From IMG/VR virus record IMGVR_UViG_3300031758_000068, positions 1-63,596 of that record: 63,596 nucleotides of DNA; one strand, written 5' to 3'. Shown in pieces: positions 1-9,400 of the stretch. A model generated the notes under the pieces. It saw only the letters and a program-made list of their open reading frames with translations, was not told where the DNA came from and searched no databases. The translations under genes were made by a program, and so were the position numbers. Numbering within the stretch: the first letter of the stretch is position 1; every line of letters starts with the position of its first letter. The stretch comes from a virus. Its lineage: Duplodnaviria > Caudoviricetes.

Positions 1-3000
1 CAAGGTCCTCCACCACTTGGATCTAAGTACAGAATCCCGGGAGATACTCTTTACAATCCTACTCCTTACCCCATAGAGGCAGTATCAGACAATGGTATAA
101 GAAAGACACTTAACCCATTTGATACTTCTAATATAAAATTTCCAGGAGCAAACTATGTGGATGAGTATGAGAAGAAAGAAGAAGGAGGAGAGTACTATGA
201 TGATGAACTTACACAAGAAGAGATAGATGATCTTATTGCACAAGGTTATGTTGTAGAAGATCTTCCTAAAGCACAACTAGGTAAAGGTACTACAGTAGAA
301 GTATCACCGTTTAGTCTTAATGCAAATCAATCACAATTAGCTAGTAATGTGTATGGTGAGTATGATCCTGAGTTTTTAATTGGTGCAAGAACACCTTTAG
401 GTGGATCTAGAGATCCAAGGTTCAGCACTGACTTAGGTTTGACATTAGGAGTTCCTTATTCAGGTTCTATGATTCCAAGTGTGAATGCAGATTGGAGATG
501 GAGATATAGACCAAGTGCTGTTAGTGCAGGAGCTTTTGCTCCAACTGTTCAAACAGATATAACACTTGGCTGGGATCCAACACAAGGATTTAATCATAAA
601 ATGGTAGCTAGCCCAAGATGGGAGTTTGGTAATAGAATGCTTGGTGTTTATAGACAACCACGTTGGCCAGTAGGAGCATGGAAAGGTTATGCGGGACCTG
701 CTGCAGGTTGGGAGTTTAGACAACATTCTTTTGTTCCAGGTTTGGAAGGTTATCAAAACACAGGTGAACACCGTACAGGAAATTTTAATTTTGATTACGG
801 TGCTGTAGCTGGTATTGAAGCAAGACCTTTTAAAAGTACACCTTTAAGAGTTGGAGCAGATGCTAGTCTAATGTTTCAACCAGGTAAAGGGCAAGCTGAA
901 GAACAGTTTAATCCTGACACAGATTTTAATACTGTGAAATGGGGGATGACTCCAATGTTAAAAGTAAAAGCTGTTTATCCAATTGGTGCAAACTTGCCTA
1001 AGAAAAAAGAAGCTGAGGAAGAAAAAATTAAAATAGATGCTGCCAGAGCCAATGATAAAAATTTCATGGTTACAGCACCTACTATAACAGGACCTGGAGT
1101 AGATTGGGGGTATGAAGAAAAGCCAGAAAGTACCGGAGTACCTGTAGGATACTTACCAGGATATGAACCTGAAACAGGAAGAAAACTTACTGAGCAAGAG
1201 TTAATGCAAAGATATGGTCAAGGTCCGCGTTTAGCAAAAGGTGGTTCTTTACTTACTAAGAAAGTAACATGTAAAGATTGTGGTTGGAAGTGGAATGCTG
1301 CGGATGGTGGTAATGATGTTACTACATGTCACAAATGTGGTGGTCAAGGATTACTGCATGTGCAAAAAGGTGGACTACCAAAAGCTCAGTTTGGAATGTT
1401 TGATAAATGGAAAAAGAAAAACGTAGACCAAGTTATTGCTGATGCTGAACCACAAGAAGGTGTGCAACAACTTATGGAAGTTGAGGCATCAGGTGATGAA
1501 GCCAAAAAGAAACTGCACATAAGTCTGATGGATAAAGCACGCGCGCTAGGACGTACAGTTGCAGGTAGGAAAGTATGGATGGAGGATGGTCCTAGAAACT
1601 GGACTTTTGATGAAATTCAGGGATACGTTAATAAGGTAAATGATTATAACCAACAAGCACAAAAATATGAGAGAGACCGTAGACTGTTGCAGGACGGTAA
1701 GTTAAGTACAGATGTATTTGCTCAAAGATACAGAGATAACAACTGGGCTAGGTTTGACCAAGCTACTAAAAAAGAAAGTTTTAAAGGTCAGTATCAAAAT
1801 GCCGTTGATGAAGGCATGGCAAGAAAAGAAAAAAACTTTGCTGTTACACAAGGACTGGCGGAGCTTACAGGAGTACCTGCTGCCATGAGAATTGTAAGTG
1901 ATCCTGTAGGTACATTAAAAGGCGTAGGTACAAGTTTAGCGGATCTTGCTATGTTACCATATGCAGCATGGCAAGCAAGGGATTGGGCAGACAATACACT
2001 TAATATGAAGGGTACTTGGAACTTATCTGAGAATCCAATTACAGGACAAGACTTTGGTGAAGGTTTTAATGAATCAATGGATGTTGCTTCTGTTCTACCA
2101 TTTTTTGGTGCAGCTGCAAAGATGCTAAGACCAGCAACAGCAACCACAAAAACTGTAGGTACTACATCTAAGGTGGTTGGTAATACTGTAGGTGAGGGTA
2201 ACGTAATAATGAGTAATCCAAAACTAGCTCGTATTGCCAAAGATTTACCAGATAACCTAGTTGAAAGAAGAATATTTGAATATACAGGTGATGGTAATCC
2301 AAGAAAAATAAGTATTACAAGTGAGGCGGAACTGGAAAAAATATTAAAAGTAGATAGATATAGAATACAGAAACTTAAGAAACAATATCCAGATTTAGAC
2401 TTTAATGATCCTAGTATTAAGGGTTACTATTTTACTGATAAAGAAAGTATAAATAGAATACCAGATATTCTAAAAGGTGCTCAGCAAAATCAAAAATCAG
2501 CAGAGTCCTTTGGAACGTATCTTATGAATGACTATGATACAAAGATGGCCTTTATACAAAAGAGTGGAAACCAACCTTTGATAAATGTAGTTAATGAATC
2601 TCCACAATATTTAGATGAAGTCTATGCACATTTGAGTAGTCCAAACACAGTATCTGATGCTGACTTCTTAAATGATCTTGTAGTAAAAAGTAATAGCTAT
2701 ACAAGATTTATGGAAAGACAGGTAAGTAATGAAGCAGCTAGTGAATTGGTAGGTAGAAACATAGAAAATCCTGGATGGTCTATGGATGTAGAGGGTGTAT
2801 CTCCAAGTGATTACTATGGTGCCTACGGATATAAAATCCGACCTAATATGGATAGGATATATGAAATTGTAAATGCACCTGTAGAACAAAAATGGGGACT
2901 AAGACAACCAACATTTGAAGGTGGTATGAAAATGGTACCTTCAATGCATACAGGGCTTCCTGAGAAAGTTGAAGACTTTCTTAGAATGAGAACTCAAAGA

Positions 3001-3408
3001 TTAAACAGATCTGTTACTAGTAATGTAGGTGAGATTGATCCTTATGAAAAGATATCAAGATGGGATTTATATGCTCCAATGGAATCTAGAGCTAATGTGC
3101 AATTAAGGGAATTTTTACCAAAAGAGTTTGTAGAGTCTAAATATTATACAATACCAAAACATCAGGTATTCAATGTACAAGGTGACTATGGGCAAAAATT
3201 ACAAAATTTTGATGTGTTTGGTTTAGGTAAACTAGAGTTTCCAAAAAACTACACTGGCCATAGAAGTAATCAAGATTACGGAAGATTTTTTGAAGGTACA
3301 GGTAAAGGCTTTGCACGAGGAGGAATAACCATGGGTCAGGAGGTAGACTTAAGTCCAGAACAAGAAGCTCACTTAAGAAAATTAGGATACAAACTTGAAA
3401 GAATATAA
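1..3408 (+). CDS. Modular putative virion/cargo protein, 5'-truncated by the window edge (beta-barrel-like module, Zn-ribbon, pre-toxin-like module, unknown C-terminal domain)
   Basis: Frame 1 is open from base 1 (QGPPPLGSKYRIPGDTLYNP...FPGANYVDEY), so the GTG at 157 is not the true start. Contains CxxC...CxxC (1270-1340), recurrent xxGG/LPKAQxG motifs and a ~200-aa module paralogous to one in the next gene. Confidence 0.75.
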   Translation, partial: QGPPPLGSKYRIPGDTLYNPTPYPIEAVSDNGIRKTLNPFDTSNIKFPGANYVDEYEKKEEGGEYYDDELTQEEIDDLIAQGYVVEDLPKAQLGKGTTVEVSPFSLNANQSQLASNVYGEYDPEFLIGARTPLGGSRDPRFSTDLGLTLGVPYSGSMIPSVNADWRWRYRPSAVSAGAFAPTVQTDITLGWDPTQGFNHKMVASPRWEFGNRMLGVYRQPRWPVGAWKGYAGPAAGWEFRQHSFVPGLEGYQNTGEHRTGNFNFDYGAVAGIEARPFKSTPLRVGADASLMFQPGKGQAEEQFNPDTDFNTVKWGMTPMLKVKAVYPIGANLPKKKEAEEEKIKIDAARANDKNFMVTAPTITGPGVDWGYEEKPESTGVPVGYLPGYEPETGRKLTEQELMQRYGQGPRLAKGGSLLTKKVTCKDCGWKWNAADGGNDVTTCHKCGGQGLLHVQKGGLPKAQFGMFDKWKKKNVDQVIADAEPQEGVQQLMEVEASGDEAKKKLHISLMDKARALGRTVAGRKVWMEDGPRNWTFDEIQGYVNKVNDYNQQAQKYERDRRLLQDGKLSTDVFAQRYRDNNWARFDQATKKESFKGQYQNAVDEGMARKEKNFAVTQGLAELTGVPAAMRIVSDPVGTLKGVGTSLADLAMLPYAAWQARDWADNTLNMKGTWNLSENPITGQDFGEGFNESMDVASVLPFFGAAAKMLRPATATTKTVGTTSKVVGNTVGEGNVIMSNPKLARIAKDLPDNLVERRIFEYTGDGNPRKISITSEAELEKILKVDRYRIQKLKKQYPDLDFNDPSIKGYYFTDKESINRIPDILKGAQQNQKSAESFGTYLMNDYDTKMAFIQKSGNQPLINVVNESPQYLDEVYAHLSSPNTVSDADFLNDLVVKSNSYTRFMERQVSNEAASELVGRNIENPGWSMDVEGVSPSDYYGAYGYKIRPNMDRIYEIVNAPVEQKWGLRQPTFEGGMKMVPSMHTGLPEKVEDFLRMRTQRLNRSVTSNVGEIDPYEKISRWDLYAPMESRANVQLREFLPKEFVESKYYTIPKHQVFNVQGDYGQKLQNFDVFGLGKLEFPKNYTGHRSNQDYGRFFEGTGKGFARGGITMGQEVDLSPEQEAHLRKLGYKLERI
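1504..2110 (+). repeat. Paralogous protein module, copy 1 (GRKVWMEDGP...NNWARFDQ...NPITGQ...LPFFG)
   Basis: Aligns by eye along its length with 4860-5513 in the next gene. Confidence 0.9.
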
Positions 3409-3410
3409 CA

Positions 3411-6400
3411 ATGGCAAAGTTCAAGATAACAGGATTACCAAAAGCTCAGACTGGTAAAACATTTAGTAGAACTCAAGGGGGTGAAGATACCTATTACATA
3501 CATCCTGAAAGACCTGGTAGTATCTATACTAAATGGGATGGTAAATGGCATATTAGTAATAGCAGTACAGGTTTTAATTTTGAACCTATTAAAGATCCAA
3601 CAGGAGAAAGGAAAAAAAACTTAAATACAAATGCAGTTAAAGCAACTCAATTTCAACTTGATAGATGGGAGAATTTAAATCCTTATGATAATAGCAAGCA
3701 ACGTAAACATGTAGGAAATGTTGCAGGTGGTATGGATCCTAAGAAGTCTGCAGAACAAATCAAAAAGGCAGATGAACAATTTATGTTTGATTGGGACTTT
3801 AATACAAAAGACCAAAAAGACATGCATCCACGTGATGCTAGTAATGCTATAGAACTTTATAATAAGGGATTGGACTTTCATAAAGGCTGGATGAATTCTC
3901 CTATGTATAAGAAAATGTTGGCTAACTCTATAAATGCAGGAAAAGCATCAGGAGTAGATGAATCTCAAATGGCTCAACAAAGAATACAAAACTTCAGTAC
4001 TATTCCATCCATGCTTTTTCAAAGACAACCAGAAGGTAGAAGTTTTACAGGGGGTCAGTCAATGCCTACTGATGGATCAATTACTATATTTCCATATGGA
4101 GCTGGCGTATCAGATGTGTCAGCACATGAAATAAGCCATTCTATAGATAGACCTGTTAATTATTATGACAGTGATCAAAGGTTAATTCCTCAAGCTGATA
4201 TAAACTATATTCAAAATGTTACACCAGCTTTTAATAACACTCCTAAGTGGCAGGGTTATGATGCTGATTGGCAACAACTTGTTCTTAACAATCCAGACTA
4301 TCTACAAGAAGAAAAAGATTGGGTGAACTATGTATCAAAACCTACTGAAGTTAGAGCACGTCTTAATGCCATTAGAGCTACAGCAAAAGAATCAGGTACA
4401 TATGATCCATATACTCAAGAAGTAACTCCTGAGATATATGATATGTTACAAAAGATGAGTTTTGGTACTGATGAGAAAGAAGGCTTTAATCCAATTGAAC
4501 AACTAAAAGGTATATACTCAGATGAACAAATTATAGAAATGTTAAATAGCATTTCTAAAAATGATAATGATTCTGGTGACATGCTTAATATGGCAAGAGA
4601 AGGTGGTTTTCTACCACATGCTCAGTTTGGCTTTGGCATGGGTAAACTTAGAAAAAGAAAAGTAGGTAAACAAAAAGGTGAGGAGACTCCTACTTTTGGA
4701 CAACCATTACCTACAGATCCTCAAGGTGCTCCTTATGCTTTTGTTGGAGAACGTCCTGCTTGTCCAGAAGGCCAAGTATGGGATGAAAATCTTCAATCAT
4801 GTGTATTACCAGGGATAGTAGAACAACCAACAATGTATGTATCTGCTAATCCAGAAACAAATAAAAAACGTATTAAATTTATAGATAAAGCTAATGCACT
4901 CTGGGATACTATAGAAGGTAGAAAAGTCTGGATGGAAAACGGACCTAAGAACTATTCTCTTAATGAGTTATCCAAGTTTATTAATAATGTAAAAGACTAC
5001 AAAGACCAAGCTGCTGTATATGAGAAATACCGTAGAATGGCTGAGGATGATGAGATCAGTGGGGATGAGTTTGCTAGACTATATAATGAAAATAACTGGA
5101 TAAGATTTGACCAGAATACAGGTAGAGAAAACTTTAAAGGTCAATGGAGAAAAGCTGCACAAGAAGGTATTAAGAAGAAAGCAGAAAATGCTAAATCTGT
5201 AGCTAGTGACATAGGAGACATACTGCATACTGCAGGAGAGTATACAGGAATTAATAGTGTAGGAAGAGTAATAGCAAATCCTATAGAAACATTATCTGAT
5301 ACAGGGCAGAGTATAGTTGACATTGGGATGACTGCTCCAGAAGTTCCATACATGGCATATGATTATCTATCAAATCTATTCACACCATGGAATAGAGAAT
5401 ATGGAAATGAATACTCAGGTACTGAAGACATTAACCCACTTACAGGTCAACCTTATTGGTCAGGTTCTCAGGGAGCAATAGATTTAATTACTTCTTTTCC
5501 ATTTCTTAAAGGTGCATTTACTTTAGGAAATACAGGGTTTAAAGCAGGTGTTAATGCAGTGAATAGAATACCTTCTTCAAAAGTACTCTTTCAATCAGCA
5601 GAACAAAGATTAGGAAACCCAACAGCTTACAATTTACTTCAAGGTACAGAATCAGGAGTAAGGGGAAAGATAGCAGACAAGTACTATACTAATGCTATGC
5701 GGACCGCTGTAAAACAACAGGATGATGCATATCAAAAATTCTTCAAAGCATATGACGAAGGGGATATGGATTTGGCTAAAAGAATAAATGAAACTGAATT
5801 ACAACCTGCTATAGAAAGAGAAAAACTTTTGGCAAATGAGTATGGTGATTGGCGTAGACAATACTCTGGACTACCAATTAGAAATACAGGTCTGGCAGGA
5901 TCAGAAGGAAGTATTTTTACAATCAAGGGAGATCCAACTCAAGTTGTAAAAGTAGGCACTACACCTAATACAGAAGCTGAGTTAAATAAATTAATAGAGA
6001 TAGGTCAGAACTACCAGTTCCCTGGTTCTCAATTTGCATTCCCCACTAGACAGATTAGACTTATGGGAGATAATCAAGTTGCTCAATTTATGCCTAGATT
6101 AAACTTTAATGCGTCTGGTCTTCCGGTAGGTAAAACATTTGATGATGTTGCTGAGGTTGCCCAGGATTTGAATCAATATGGTGTAGGTCTTGATTATGCA
6201 GGTGAAGGTAATATTGGTAGTGTAGGAAATGACTTAGGCTTTGTTGATTTATCTTATATTGGAAAACCTGGGCAAAGAGTAGACTTTTATAACAGGTTTC
6301 CTTATCATAAGCCTGATATGTTTGGTAAAGGCTTTGCCCTAGATGAAACTATTGGTAGTACTGCACAGGGAATTGCAGATGATGCTGCAGGTCTTATGAA

Positions 6401-9400
6401 TAGAGTACGCTCTCAAGGATTATCAGATGATGCTTTAAAAGCAAGATCCGTACAAGAAACAGGGGCTGCCTCTCAAGTTGATGATTCTATTTTAGGTGCT
6501 GATGATGTATACAAAGCTCCTTCACCAGAAGCAATGCAGCGGTACAATAAAGCGATAGAGCACTTTAATAAACATATGTTTTTACCAGAATCTAAATCAT
6601 TACAAGGACGTGAATTGCTGGATGACTTTATATCAAGAATTAACTCAAAAGAAGGTTTAAAAAGACTAGGTGAACTAGGTATAAATGATCCAAAGTATTT
6701 TGAAGATTTAGTGCTTAAAGAAATACAACATGAGTTAGGTTACTTTACAGAAGTAGGTGGTCAACCTATGATAGCTTTACATGCAGGTATGCCTGCAGAG
6801 ATAGCAAAAAATATTACAAGACATGAAATAGAACATGCAGTACAAAGAGCGATTATAAAAAATGGTCAACAACCTTTTAGTGAAATAGATTACATGTTAA
6901 ATGGTCTTACTCTTAAAGGAACACCAAATGTGGCTGTACCAAGAAAGATGACATGGAATGCTATTGAGTTTCCTAAAAATGCTGATTTGTTTCCTAATGC
7001 ACAAAAAAACTTAGACTACTATGCCTTTGGTTCAGGAGGAAAAGAAAAGTCTGCGTTTTTAGCTGAGGTTCAACAGGGTATGCTTGATAATGGAATCATA
7101 GATGATGTTTATGAAAACATCACACCTGAGAAAGTTAAGAAAGCCTACAAACAATTTATAGAGGATCCTAATCCAGATAAATATAACTACAGATTTTTTG
7201 AAATCATGGAGCCCACTGAAGCAAACTTTGAGTTGACTGCCAAAGCCTTGAATAAGATGTTAGCTATTCCTGGTGCAATTGGAGGTGTGGGTACTGCTGG
7301 TTATATGATGAATCAAGGTGTAACAGAACAACCTGTAGAAGGTCTTAAAAAAGGAGGTACTGTAAGTAAGAAATACTCAAGAAGTTTAGAAGCTAAGAAC
7401 CAACTCTATGTAGAGAACAGACTTGTAAAAAAACGTAAGCCTAAGAATAAAAAGATCTTTAGTCCTACTAGTCCATACTTTCAAGCAGGTGGTGAGAATC
7501 AAGTAGAGTGTGATGATGATGGCAGATGTTATGAGACAGATCAGATACAAAATATACTAGATGAAGGATCTTACATCCCTAAAAAGAATGTAAATATTAT
7601 GTGGGATGTTGCAGAAACACCTGGTGCTTACGAAAATGCAAAAAAAATATGGACAGATAAAGGTGCCCAAGTAATATCAAAAAGATTAGGAAATACTCCT
7701 GCTATTACAAATGTTGGCAATTGTATGTGGGCTGGAGGAATGGGTTATCAATGTTTACCAGAAACAAAAGGAAAGATTTCATTAATGCCTTTTGAATCTA
7801 ATGATAAATTTATTAATGCTGTAAACAAAGGTACTGTACCTTTTTCTAGAGTTGCTAAAACACATGATCCAAATTTTGCATCACAAGAAACAGGTATGTT
7901 GCAACAAGGAGACATTATTAATTTTAAAGGTGCGGGTAATTCTCATGCTATGACCTTTTCACATTATGATGAAGATGGTACTCCTATTTTTTTAGATAGT
8001 AATGGTCAAGAAAGTAACTTTGGTTGGAATAGAGGAATGTGGGATCAACTTGTGCCAAATAAAGAAAAAGTTGCATATGTATCTAGATTTAATCCTGAAA
8101 AGTTTTACGAAAAAGATATTAAAACTTTAGAAGAAATGGCTAGGACCAATCCTACTTATGTTCCAGGAACACATACTGTAGGTAAATTACCATTATTACC
8201 TTTAGCTAATTTAGAAATACCTACAGCAGAAAGAGTATTACCAGCAGTGACTCAAACTTTGGGTATGAGAGCATTAGGTGGTATTCCAAACTTACCACTT
8301 AATAAAAATAGAAAAGTTCTTAGAGATTGGACATATGGTCAGTCTATAGGAATGCTACAAGAAAAACATGGAGGTGTACATTATGCACAAGCTGGATTAA
8401 ATCTTCAAGGTGTTAGAACAGCTCCTGTAACTACAAAAGCTGAACCTAAGAAAGAAGTACCTGTAAGAACAGTACCGGTACCTGCAGCAACTCAAATGAA
8501 CCTACAAGGTATACGTACAGCACCAGTAGTAACTAGACAAGAACCTAAGAAAGAATATGTAAAACCAAAACCTCAGAAACTTTCTGGATTTGACATGATG
8601 CATGAGATACATAACATGTATAACAATAAGATTGCAAATGCAAAAGATCTAAGACCTAAGAGTAAAGAAGAACAAAGAAGAGAGACATCACCTCTTGAAG
8701 TGTTTACTGGAACAAATGATTTGTTTAAGAGCTATACTACGGCTGATAGACAAGAGCAGACAGAGTCACCACTAGATATGTTTGGTCATGTTAATGATGC
8801 CTTCAATGAGGCCGCTAATAAACGTTCTAATAGAGTACCTGGAAGACAAGGATCTCCACTAGATATGTTTGGTTTCCCTGAGTATGGTAATCAAGGTGAT
8901 CAATCTTATGAGTTTCCATTAGCTCCAGGCTTTAGTGCAGATCCTACAAGAGGTACTACAGGTCAACCAGTGGAGAACAATCCTTTAGCATTCTTAACAA
9001 ATACAGGTATCTTAGGTCAGATAGATCATGCAAAACTTGCTAGAGATATAGAAAGAGAACAGAACAGACCTAAGTATAAGAACAGAAATGTTGAACCAGA
9101 CTCTTGGTGGGATAATACTGTTGATGTACTTGGTGATGCCGGAGAGTATATACTTGACACTGGTGTTGATGCTGTTAACACATTAGGTGAATGGAAGAAT
9201 ATGGGTAAACGCTATCTTCAAAAAGAAGGGTGGTTGGATATTGAAGAAGAAAAGATTGATCCTAATAAAGCTAAGAAACTGCAACCTAAGATAAAACAAA
9301 CTCCTAAAGTTGAAAAGTTCTATCAAGAGATTGCAGCTGTAGATGATGCTGGTTACTCTGATAATAAACTATTGTCATACCGTAATCAATGGGATAACAA

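Noticed and set aside
157-159. GTG start of the first ORF as given in the track
   Set aside because: The frame is open back to base 1 with protein-like sequence, so the real start lies upstream of the window.
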